From an uncultured Pseudanabaenaceae cyanobacterium (GTDB lineage: Bacteria; Cyanobacteriota; Cyanobacteriia; PCC-9006; JAAUQQ01), in the NCBI GenBank assembly GCA_937949725.1, contig CALECT010000048.1:6626-70625 (forward strand): a stretch of DNA of 64,000 bases. The letters run 5' to 3'. Position numbers and translations under genes: made by a program. Under the pieces are notes generated by a model. It ran no database searches. It saw only the letters and a list, made by a program, of their open reading frames with translations, and was not told the origin of the DNA. Positions 1 to 8,941 of the stretch are shown in pieces (position 1 is the first letter of the stretch; each line of letters starts with the position of its first letter).

Positions 1-1404
1 CCCCACGTTATCTGCTCGACGTGAGAGAGAGGCAATGAGGATGTCTTTGGGCTGTTCGGCGAGGAAGCTGTAGAAGTTCTGGTAGCCCACGGTGACATAA
101 CCCGGTGAGATGAAGCGCTTGAGGGTCATGGGGTAAAGCGCCACGCTGGCTAGGAGTAAGCCAATGAGGCTGGTGGAGATTAGACGACGTTTGATGCGTC
201 CGGAACCGTTGAGTCCCAAACTTGCCCAGGTTGCGAGGGAGTGAATCCAGCTAGTGAGTAATATGGCTGCGCCGACAGCCAAAACGATGCGCAGGCTGTG
301 CTGCACGTAGCGGCTGGGTAAATGCAGCTTGAACAGCAGAAGATGGGCAATGAAGAACATGCCGATGGAGGTGAGGGTGAGCTGAGTCAAGATGCCCAGC
401 TTTTGAGTTTGCTTGAGGAGTGCTAAGCGAGGCTTGCCGAGGAAGAAGAAGGGAAGCAAGAGCCCCAATGCTTGGGTGGCTGGGGTGAAGAGTTTCCGGT
501 GGAGGATGCCGCTGCGGCCCCGGAGCCAATACTTGAAGAAATTGTCGCTGAAGAAGCTGGAGCGTCCGCCGGAGAAGAATTCTGGGAGCTGGAGGGCTTC
601 GGTTTTGGAGATGGTGGGGCCGTAGGCGGAGCTTTGCATGGCGTAGATTAGCAGGATGGCAAAGGCTGTGGCAAAGGCGATGAGACTGAAGCGGCGTTGG
701 GGGCGATCGCTCCAGGCCAGCTTTTTCCAAGGTTTAAGCCAAGGCAGCTCTTTGCGCCAGTGCACTAGGCGTAGAGTGAAGACGCCGAGGGAGAGCAGCA
801 AGGTTTGGGGGTAGAAGAGACCCTGGAGGATCAGGGTGATGAGGCAGGGGAAGAGTTTGTCTTGAACGACGTAGTAAAGAAAGGCGACGAGTAGTGGATA
901 GATGAAGGCGCGGGGAGTTGCAGAAGCAACATCTGAATTCATCCAGAGGGTTTGGTTGAGCAGGACGGTGCTGGTGAAGGCAGCAAAGGGAACAGGTAAT
1001 AGCGCGAAGGTGAGCCTGAAGCAGTAGAGGGTGATGATTAGGGTGATGGGCAGGGGCAGGAGCTTGTTGAAGGTGAAGGGCTCGATACCCAGCCAGGCAC
1101 CGATTTGGTAGAGCAGGCGGTAGCCCCAGGGAGCGACGGATTGGAAGTAGTCAGCGATGAGGTCGTTGGGGAATAGATCTGGATCGAGGAAGCGTTGCAT
1201 CCAGAAGACATGTTGGCGGGCATCATCTTGGACGGTGAAGGGAGCCGCGAAGGCTTGCTGGAGGGCGAGGCTGCTGTAGAGGATGCCAAAGGCGAAGCTG
1301 AGTGTGAGCCAGAACCAGACAATTTTTTTTCTGGGGTTGGGTTGGGTGAGGGACGCCCAGGAAAGTTGAGATAGGTGAGGTAGATGCAAGCGCTGGCTGG
1401 CCAT
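1..1404 (-). CDS. polytopic integral membrane protein; its C-terminal (3') end runs off the window edge
   Basis: Absent from the ORF track because it is open at the window edge. The reverse-strand frame starting at ATG 1404-1402 (MASQRLHLPHLSQLSWASLTQPNPRKKIVWFWLTLSFAFGILYSS...) stays open for all 468 codons down to position 1. It has many hydrophobic helices (LLPLPITLIITLYCF, FSLIAFATAFAILLIYA, LGLLLPFFFLG). Track ORFs 251-730, 413-625, 1038-1322 and 1223-1486 are alternative-frame artefacts. Confidence 0.6.
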   Translation of the reverse strand, partial: MASQRLHLPHLSQLSWASLTQPNPRKKIVWFWLTLSFAFGILYSSLALQQAFAAPFTVQDDARQHVFWMQRFLDPDLFPNDLIADYFQSVAPWGYRLLYQIGAWLGIEPFTFNKLLPLPITLIITLYCFRLTFALLPVPFAAFTSTVLLNQTLWMNSDVASATPRAFIYPLLVAFLYYVVQDKLFPCLITLILQGLFYPQTLLLSLGVFTLRLVHWRKELPWLKPWKKLAWSDRPQRRFSLIAFATAFAILLIYAMQSSAYGPTISKTEALQLPEFFSGGRSSFFSDNFFKYWLRGRSGILHRKLFTPATQALGLLLPFFFLGKPRLALLKQTQKLGILTQLTLTSIGMFFIAHLLLFKLHLPSRYVQHSLRIVLAVGAAILLTSWIHSLATWASLGLNGSGRIKRRLISTSLIGLLLASVALYPMTLKRFISPGYVTVGYQNFYSFLAEQPKDILIASLSRRADNVG

Positions 1405-1841
1405 TCAGGCGAAATTGACTAGGGGCTTTTTTATTTTCCCATGGGCGATCGCTTGGAAAATATTCAAACAGAACAGTAACTCTCAAATCATGGGACGATC
1501 ACCGATTTTCGGTATAAAAAAATACTCAACTGTAGGTTGATTGATGCACATAACTTAGCCGCAATTTTTATGGCTGTAATATTTTATGCTTCACCTGATG
1601 ACAAGTACTCTTACTATTCATTCACATAAGATTTCAACAAAATTAACCGAAATCTAGGTGTTCTCCACATACAATTCACACATGATTAATTAAGGGACCC
1701 TATTTATATATAGCTGAGACTGCTACAATTTGCCGACTACTTTTGTACTCCCAAACCCGTCACTTTGTGGTTTGAATTCTCTTGAAATCAATATCTTCAA
1801 ATGACTTTTGTAAGGAGCATTATCTGTTTTAACTTTTCGAA

Positions 1842-4457
1842 GTGGTCAAGCTGTGTGGTTTTAGAGAATCTTGCTCGCCTGTATGCGGTAAGCATACGAT
1901 TTATAATTCGCTGCGTGTAATGAAGAAAGATAGTAGGCCAATGCATTCTGATTTGATTGATGCAACTAGAGACGAAGTACTTCGGCTTTTAGGTAAGCAA
2001 GATGAGTTGCTTACTGATCTGTTAAAAGTGCCTGACTTAATTAGAGAAGATTCTCATGTTCAGGAGCATGGGACAACACGTAGAACTATTGATAACTGGC
2101 AGTCAATTCTCAGTAATGAAGCAAAGAAGGTTGGTCAATTAGAAATGGTTCTGACTGTCTTAGGAACAATGAAGGCGGGAAAATCCACAACAATCAATGC
2201 AATTGTGGGATATGAGGTTCTTCCAAACCGAAATTATCCGATGACGACTCTACCTACTCTTATCCGACACAAGGAAGGACAAAAAGAGCCGATTCTTCAT
2301 TTCCCGAAGCGCGTTCCAATCGAGGAAATGGTCGATCTCGTGAGAGAACGAGTCATAGCTTTAAAGAGAGAGGGGCAGCTTGATAGTGTCGGTTTATATG
2401 CTCAGGAAGATGGGCAAGAGCTTATAGATAAAATTCTGACATTTGAATTTGGGAACTTTAAGGAAACTTATATAGGTCAGGAAGAAATATTTCTCTTCTT
2501 GAAGTCTCTAAATGATCTGATGAGGTTGTCTCAGGATAAAAACATTGATGTGAATCCGCCCCTCGATGAGTACAAAAGCATAATAGATTTTCCATCCATT
2601 GAAGTTGAGTTTTTCCATCTTGCGCAATCAGCTAAGCTAACAAAAGGAAGCTTGGCTCTTTTAGACACTCCCGGTCCTAATGAGGAATTATTAGGACACA
2701 AACTCAGGAAAGTACTTACAGCACAATTAGAAAGAGCATCAGCAATTCTGGCTATTCTTGACTATACACAATTAGGTGGGGAAGCAGAAGGAGAAGTTAG
2801 ACGAGAAATTTCTCGCCAGGCCAATTCTCTTGAGGATCGCTCATTTTTTATAGTTAATAAATTCGATCAAAAAAACAAAAGAGGAATGAAAGCTGATGAA
2901 GTTAAGCGACGTGTTGCAGATGTTGTAATGGGAGGAAAAGTTTCTAAGGAGAGAGTTTATCCTGTCTCAGCACTATATGGCTATTTGTCCAACCGCGCAT
3001 TACGAGAATTAGCTACTCATAAAGGCTTACCAGAGGATGAAAATGATGGCTGGGTTGCTGACTTTGGGCAATTAGCAATGGGTGCATCCTGGGACCCTGA
3101 AGATATTTCTCTGGATGAAGTTAAAGTTGCAGCAGAAAGAGTTTGGAAATCTAGTCGCTTTGATTTACCCATTACAGAAGTCATCGTAAAAGCGGCAAAT
3201 ACTGCTGCTCTAGCTAGTATGCAGTCTGCTGCTGCTAAAATGATTGAAAATGGAAATCGTCTAGAAAATTTCTTAGAAATTCAGCGAGGTGGGTTAACCA
3301 AAACAGTTAGTGAGCTGCGTCACCTAATTGAGGGCTTAGCAAAGGATATCGCAGAAGTAGAGAAAGCCGAAGGTCAAGCTGAAAATGAATTGAATGGATT
3401 AATAGATAATTCATTGGAAATAGTTCAACTCCAGTACCAGACAACGAAAGAGAAACTAAGGCTTGCATTGGAAGGATACTTTCAGGAGGGAAAAAAACTC
3501 GAAGCTGATCAGCTGTTAGAAAGGACCAAAACAATAAAGGAAAAATATAATTTAAAGCTCAACCAAATGAGTACGCAAAGAAATCGAAGGTTCTCTGATC
3601 CATTCGCAAATTTTCATTTTTTTGGTGCAGAAGGAAAAGATGATAGAGAAGTTCAGCACCTTGAAGAGATGCTAGACTACCAGGCAAAAGAATCACTTGA
3701 TTTTGACCCCAAAAACCCTAAAATAAATTTTGAAACAGAACATGTTGCTAAATTTTTCTTAAGGCAGATAAATGAAAAAATAAGTTCCATTTTCAGTGAA
3801 TCGTCTCAAGAATTTGAATTGGCCCTTAAGGATTTATCTAAAGGGCTCGAAGAGACGATTCCTCAAATAATTGTAGAGGGAGTGGGGGAGATCTTAAAAA
3901 ATGCGCAAGAACGACTGAAAGACGAAGGCTTTTCTATTTCATTCGATGTTCCTGAGCCACGGTTTGAATCAGGAGAAATTGAAATCACAGAGCTTTTATT
4001 ATCTAGTGTAGAAGATTCTACTAGGACTACGGCAATAAGACGAAGAAGACAGAAAAGTGGTTGGCTTAATACTGCTAAGCGTTGGTTTGGTGATAAATTT
4101 GATGCTTACGATTGGGGGTACGAGGACTATGTCGATCATCAGACAGAGAGAATTTATGTAGTGGACATGACAAAAATCCAAGAAAGAGTATTGGATGGGC
4201 TAGATGACAGTGCAGAAAAGCTGAGTGACAGCAGTAAGCTTTTCTTTGACACAGTACTCAGACCATTAGTGGATAAATATTTTGAGGAGTTAACCAACTA
4301 TTTGGAAGATTTTAGGAGCAATTTGAGCGATGGAATAGATAAGCATAAACTTGATGAGCAAGCTCAGGAGATGTTGATGCAGAGTATCCTAGCTTTAAAG
4401 GAACGCACTGAGTTGCATACACAAGATGTGCTTGCGGTAAAAAACAACTTGACTTGA
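1842..4457 (+). CDS. bacterial dynamin-like GTPase (BDLP / Dynamin_N family)
   Basis: 871-aa ORF with a GTG start at 1842; the ATG at 1920 (MKKDSRPMH) is a plausible true start. G1 P-loop GTMKAGKS at 2163-2186, G3 DTPG at 2664-2675, G4 NKFD at 2856-2867. The GTPase domain is followed by about 500 aa of helical/coiled-coil-like sequence, as in dynamin-like proteins. Confidence 0.85.
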   Translation: MVKLCGFRESCSPVCGKHTIYNSLRVMKKDSRPMHSDLIDATRDEVLRLLGKQDELLTDLLKVPDLIREDSHVQEHGTTRRTIDNWQSILSNEAKKVGQLEMVLTVLGTMKAGKSTTINAIVGYEVLPNRNYPMTTLPTLIRHKEGQKEPILHFPKRVPIEEMVDLVRERVIALKREGQLDSVGLYAQEDGQELIDKILTFEFGNFKETYIGQEEIFLFLKSLNDLMRLSQDKNIDVNPPLDEYKSIIDFPSIEVEFFHLAQSAKLTKGSLALLDTPGPNEELLGHKLRKVLTAQLERASAILAILDYTQLGGEAEGEVRREISRQANSLEDRSFFIVNKFDQKNKRGMKADEVKRRVADVVMGGKVSKERVYPVSALYGYLSNRALRELATHKGLPEDENDGWVADFGQLAMGASWDPEDISLDEVKVAAERVWKSSRFDLPITEVIVKAANTAALASMQSAAAKMIENGNRLENFLEIQRGGLTKTVSELRHLIEGLAKDIAEVEKAEGQAENELNGLIDNSLEIVQLQYQTTKEKLRLALEGYFQEGKKLEADQLLERTKTIKEKYNLKLNQMSTQRNRRFSDPFANFHFFGAEGKDDREVQHLEEMLDYQAKESLDFDPKNPKINFETEHVAKFFLRQINEKISSIFSESSQEFELALKDLSKGLEETIPQIIVEGVGEILKNAQERLKDEGFSISFDVPEPRFESGEIEITELLLSSVEDSTRTTAIRRRRQKSGWLNTAKRWFGDKFDAYDWGYEDYVDHQTERIYVVDMTKIQERVLDGLDDSAEKLSDSSKLFFDTVLRPLVDKYFEELTNYLEDFRSNLSDGIDKHKLDEQAQEMLMQSILALKERTELHTQDVLAVKNNLT

Positions 4458-4461
4458 TGGA

Positions 4462-5397
4462 ATGACAAAAAAAGAAAGTCTCAGCAACAGCAATTCTCGG
4501 CTGTCAATCCTTACTTTGCAGAATATGCACCCCCAGATTAGGGAAAAGTGTATTTTTGACTATATAAATGGGCTTGAAGTATTGGAAGACCATTTGAGAG
4601 TTAGAAGTAAGAGCAATGAGCAGTTCTTCGGTAGAGTTTGGGAGTCCATAACTGGTCAAGCAATATCTCGCCAGCAACTGGTAGACCAAAATATTACAAC
4701 TTCACTGAACAGTGTTGCGATATGGCTGCAATCGCTTCAGCTTGAAAAGGCTGAAAGTGATTTGGCTATTTCTCATTTAGCAGATAAATTGTTGGAGACT
4801 CGTACAGCACTAGTGAATCAGAGAGGAGAACATAAAGCGCTTGCTGATAGATTGCATAATTTCTCATTGTATGTTTCTTCTCAATTGTCAGATTTAAAGA
4901 TATGCCTTTCTAATGTGGATGCTGCAAGACTAGCTAGTTCTCATTTAGAACAAGTGTTCGACAAATGGGAAGCAGGTCGCCTAGAGAAATATCCTCCACT
5001 CATTCGATTGTTTTTAACAATAGATGAATTACATTGGGGAAACTTTGGTACTTTCTTTCGTTTGTCTCAGAAAGAGGACGAGAAAGTACGCTTAAAACAT
5101 CAGTTAGTTGATAAATCTATTGTTCAAATGAAGAAAGATTTAGGGAAAGATCTTTCTAAACTTATGCTCTCGCAAGATTGGTTGTCTCCTATCCACAAGT
5201 TGTCGCCAGACTCTAAAGAAGCTGTACTTTATTTGAGTGATTGGGCTAGTCCTTCAAATGAACCAATTATTTCTGCAATGAGGTATGCAGCTTTGCCTGA
5301 ACAATATTTTCCTCATGATATGGGAGATTTTCCTTATGTATTGTCTGGAAGGCAAGTTATCAATCATATGATTTATGAAAACAACAATAGGAAATAG
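4462..5397 (+). CDS. hypothetical protein; possible RdcB/YjcZ-like partner of the dynamin-like GTPase
   Basis: 311-aa ORF starting 4 nt after the dynamin stop. I recognise no catalytic motif. The family suggestion rests only on size and on its position directly 3' of a dynamin-like gene, as in the E. coli yjdA(rdcA)-yjcZ(rdcB) pair. Confidence 0.6.
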   Translation: MTKKESLSNSNSRLSILTLQNMHPQIREKCIFDYINGLEVLEDHLRVRSKSNEQFFGRVWESITGQAISRQQLVDQNITTSLNSVAIWLQSLQLEKAESDLAISHLADKLLETRTALVNQRGEHKALADRLHNFSLYVSSQLSDLKICLSNVDAARLASSHLEQVFDKWEAGRLEKYPPLIRLFLTIDELHWGNFGTFFRLSQKEDEKVRLKHQLVDKSIVQMKKDLGKDLSKLMLSQDWLSPIHKLSPDSKEAVLYLSDWASPSNEPIISAMRYAALPEQYFPHDMGDFPYVLSGRQVINHMIYENNNRK

Positions 5398-5416
5398 TCT
5401 TGCTATTGTCTAAATT

Positions 5417-6388
5417 ATGCCATCAAACCTTTGTCGAGTTGGTCTGGTTTTGTCTGGAGGTGGTTCTGTAGGCGCTTATCATATCGGAATCCTTAAGTAC
5501 CTCGTGGAGCATTCTATTAGAGTTGATGCTCTTGCTGGAGCAAGCATTGGTGCCTTGAATGGCTCTATCATAGCTAGCTCGTCAAGTCTCGATAGTGCGA
5601 CAAAAAAGCTAGAAGAAATTTGGAGTTTGCTCGCGAATAACCATCCTCTTGAAGATCGTGACTCTTCAAATATTTATAAGATTTACAAGGTACTTAAAGA
5701 ACTCCTGTTATCTCCTAACAATATAGGTTTCTTTGATGATCATATGCTTCGCCAAATCCTCAAAGACTATTTGAATGTCTACAATTTGAATTCTGGAATT
5801 CCTTTTTATGTTTCTGCATATCAAAGTGAAGGTAGCTTGTTAGATATCTCCAAAGCCCTTCTTGGAAAGATGAATTTGAATAATACTCTTCCTTCCAATT
5901 TTTTTCACGTTCAATCGATGCATGGTACTGAGCAAATTAATGCTATTTTGGCCTCGGCATCTATTCCTCTAATTTTCAGAGCAAAAAAAATCGGGGGTAA
6001 TTATTATGCTGATGGAGGAATTGGTGGTATGAAGAGTGCACAGGGTAATACACCAATTACACCATTGATTAAACATGAGAGATGTTCTCATATTATTGTC
6101 AATCATTTAGGTGATGGTAGTTTTTGGAATAGACATGATTTCCCAGAAACAACAATCTTAGAAATACGACCGGGCAGGAATATTACACGAGATGGACTTG
6201 CCAGAGATCTTTTAGGTTTTAAGCCTATTAATATTAATTCATGGATTGAGCAGGGGTACGAAGATGCTTATAGATGCTTTAGTAATTTAGGGTCTGCATT
6301 ATCAAGTATAAAGATTGCAGATGCTGCTAGAGAAAAAAGAAACTTGTCAATAGATAGACTAAATGATGATGATTTTAAAGTATTTTGA
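5417..6388 (+). CDS. patatin-like phospholipase
   Basis: 323 aa. Oxyanion-hole motif GLVLSGGGSVGAYHIG, nucleophile elbow GASIG (5537-5551) and catalytic Asp in YYADGGIGG (D at 6011-6013). Starts 19 nt after the preceding stop. Confidence 0.9.
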   Translation: MPSNLCRVGLVLSGGGSVGAYHIGILKYLVEHSIRVDALAGASIGALNGSIIASSSSLDSATKKLEEIWSLLANNHPLEDRDSSNIYKIYKVLKELLLSPNNIGFFDDHMLRQILKDYLNVYNLNSGIPFYVSAYQSEGSLLDISKALLGKMNLNNTLPSNFFHVQSMHGTEQINAILASASIPLIFRAKKIGGNYYADGGIGGMKSAQGNTPITPLIKHERCSHIIVNHLGDGSFWNRHDFPETTILEIRPGRNITRDGLARDLLGFKPININSWIEQGYEDAYRCFSNLGSALSSIKIADAAREKRNLSIDRLNDDDFKVF

Positions 6389-7842
6389 GCTCAGGCTTTC
6401 ATCCTACTTTGCTCTTCCATTTAATTATTCATTTAGAAATAATGTCTGTCATTGCCAAGCACTTAGTCTGTAGTGACTGTCGAGTCTAGTAGAGTTTTTG
6501 AGTAAACAGATTGATTTTCAGGATCAGGTGACTGGAGGTTTATGGATGCCTAACAATCTCCCTTAAATGTCTAGACTTATACTTTTTGGCTCTCAACCAG
6601 TAGCTTCATCAGGGCTATTTCACGTTAATGCAAGGAAATCTAAGGCTACCAACCTCTTGTTGGAGATCGAGAGGTCGTTAGATGGAGGATTACTGGTTGA
6701 AAGCATCTTCCGATGAACGTGAAATACCCCTGGTAGTTTCATCGTCATGTCTAAATTATAGGATATCTTGTCTCCAAGCTCTAAGCTAGCTTCGCGCTCA
6801 ATATAGCATTTCCATGCTTGGTGAGGTACATTTTGACCTCTGAAAGCCTTGTATAGCAAGGAAGAATCCAAAGCTGGTTGCATCTCAAAGGTTCAGGAAA
6901 CGCTATATTCTAAGCTTGCTAAAGGATACCTCGATTAATTGCCAGATCTGCTTAAAAGAGAGGCTAGAATTATTGAGATCTCGTTGACGATCACATCAAA
7001 TTTTAAATTAGTAGAGGTGCTCTAAAGACAAAACTTCTATGACAGTTTATCCACCTATTTCCTGATCTAATACAGTATAGATACTGCCATGACTACCTTG
7101 ACTAGACAAGACTCAATGTCATAACGCCCTTGAAGTAAGGTTTGGCTGGTCAGGGGAGATGGTATGGAACATTTTTTATGCCATCATCCCTAAATAACTA
7201 ACAACGTATCGCAATCAAAATAGGATTACCTCTTACTGAGCCCACCATTCTAATCTGGACAGCAGTTACCTCCGTAAGTAATTCAGGGCGAGATGCAAAA
7301 AAAGGAGACCTCCTTGGAGATCTCCTAAGCACTCAGGGGTTATTCGTTCAGACAAGTTAACAGCAGCAGAGTAAGCAATTCGTTGAAATCAACAACGGCG
7401 CTTAGGGAGCTGCGGAGTTGGCTCCTCATCTGAGCCGTAGGCTCCTTGCCCGCAGCTCAGGTGATGTCTGTCTTTCGATGTCTACAGAATGCAATGTCGG
7501 GCTGAGTGAAATCTTGGAGAAAACTGAGCGTTGAATTGCGATCGCCTGAGGATTTGCCCAGACTGGCTGAGGATTGACTGAGAGCGCTGTGGAAAAAGCT
7601 GGCAAAAGCCTTATTCCCAAGGGCTTTTAGCGCTATAGCATTGGACTGTAGTGGTCCAATTAATCATGGAGCTGATAGAGGTGAACAAATGGATGGGAGT
7701 TCTCCTTCGCGATCGCTTCAAGCCCAGAGGCAGCAATCCGCTGGGAGCTGAGTGACAGTCACACTCTCTATTTCTCAATTCCTGTGTCTTCTCGCTGCCC
7801 TATCTTGACGGCATTATCCTGACCAAGCGATGTTGCTAACGG

Positions 7843-8538
7843 ATGGTGAGGGGTGAGACCCATCATTTAGGCGAAACCATCGCTGTTTTGCCCTTGAAAA
7901 TGGGAATTCTGAAGCCAGGTTATCTATCCCGAGGAGAGTCCATCGTGGCGAATCTAGAATTGTTGGAGCGCTTGAAAGCGATCGCTGGCAATGGCAGCAC
8001 TGACGCGATCGCTCAAGATCTCTCCCAGCTAGATTTTGCTGGAGCAGACCTATCCGGCCTCAACCTCAGCAGCGCAAACCTGCGTGGCGCCAACTTTAGT
8101 GGGGCGAACTTAAGTGGCACTGACCTGAGCGGTGCGAACCTCAGTCAAGCTCAGCTCCAAGGCAGCAACCTCAGCGGGGCAGAATTGCAAGGTGCAAACC
8201 TCAGTGGTACAGACCTGAGCGATGCCGAGCTTCGCAATGCCCGCTTGGATGGTTGCGACCTCCGCCGGGCCAATCTCCAGGGCAATGACCTCAGCGAGGC
8301 AACGCTCTACGAAGCCGACCTGAGCGAAGCCAATTTGAATGCGGTGAAGTTGAGCCGCGCGAATCTAGGCCGTGCCAACTTTAGCTGCGGCAATTTGACT
8401 GATGCGGACCTAGGTGAAGCTCGCTTGGCTGGGGCCAATTTTAGCGGAGCAAACTTAGGCGGCGCAACGCTTAGCCACGAAGCGAGTGAACGCTTGAGCC
8501 GCAGCGCCGCCAATCTGCAAGGGGCCGTTTTCATCTAG
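7843..8538 (+). CDS. pentapeptide-repeat protein
   Basis: Long run of A(D/N)LSG-type pentapeptides (ANLRGANFSGANLSGTDLSGANLSQAQLQGSNLSGAELQGANLSG...). The start is uncertain: GTG 7843 or ATG 7900. Confidence 0.85.
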   Translation: MVRGETHHLGETIAVLPLKMGILKPGYLSRGESIVANLELLERLKAIAGNGSTDAIAQDLSQLDFAGADLSGLNLSSANLRGANFSGANLSGTDLSGANLSQAQLQGSNLSGAELQGANLSGTDLSDAELRNARLDGCDLRRANLQGNDLSEATLYEADLSEANLNAVKLSRANLGRANFSCGNLTDADLGEARLAGANFSGANLGGATLSHEASERLSRSAANLQGAVFI

Positions 8539-8580
8539 CTCTTACCGCTCTCATTATTGAAGGTGGCTATGCAACTGACT

Positions 8581-8619
8581 AGCCCTATGGAGAAACTTCT
8601 CCATAGGGCTTTTGCTTTT
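8581..8619 (+). terminator. Rho-independent terminator after the pentapeptide-repeat gene
   Basis: Perfect 14-nt arms agccctatggagaa / ttctccatagggct (8581-8594 and 8597-8610), followed by ttttgctttt. Confidence 0.7.
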
Positions 8620-8737
8620 CTGATTTGGGTTTGGCAATCACATCTTCTATGGCCGACTTGAATTCAGATGCTATCTCCTACACTGGTCACGCTTCTGCTT
8701 TAGCCCAAGTCTGTTTGATCTCCAGATAGCCCCCGCT

Positions 8738-8851
8738 ATGGCCTGTATCCTTTTCCTTGCTGAACGCTTTCCGCCAGACATTGGCGGCGTGGCTCGCAGC
8801 GCCGGGCGCATATTAAGGATTGCATTCAAGCTGTGGGCACCGTCCTTGTAA
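8738..8851 (+). pseudogene. remnant of a glycosyltransferase N-terminus (GT4-like)
   Basis: A 37-codon ORF, MACILFLAERFPPDIGGVARSAGRILRIAFKLWAPSL*. The LFLxERFPPDIGGVARS pattern resembles group-1 glycosyltransferase N-termini, but the ORF stops after 37 aa with no downstream continuation. Confidence 0.35.
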
Positions 8852-8941
8852 CAACACCACTACGCAGCCAGTCAAGGTCAATGCGTCATGGTTGGTGTTC
8901 ATGTGGCGATCGCCCTGATCAGCCATCTCAATTAAGCGATT

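Larger units (their letters stand above)
1490..7380. other. AT-rich, HIP1-free island 1 (putative horizontally acquired DNA)
   Basis: Composition drops abruptly to AT-rich sequence after about 1490 and returns to GC-rich at about 7380. HIP1 (GCGATCGC) sites bracket the island at 1445-1452 and 7538-7545, and I found none in between. Boundaries are approximate; I saw no integrase, tRNA or flanking direct repeats. Confidence 0.55.

Noticed and set aside
251-1486. Track ORFs 251-730(-), 413-625(+), 1038-1322(-) and 1223-1486(-), as possible genes
   Set aside because: A single minus-strand frame starting at ATG 1404 stays open to position 1 and encodes a coherent polytopic membrane protein. The listed ORFs are Pro/Ser/Arg-rich alternative-frame products of that gene.
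6620-6883. The 87-aa minus-strand ORF in the non-coding tail of island 1
   Set aside because: It has no recognisable motif, no obvious ribosome-binding context and is isolated in AT-rich DNA, where random ORFs of this size occur. I leave it unannotated, though a degraded gene cannot be excluded.
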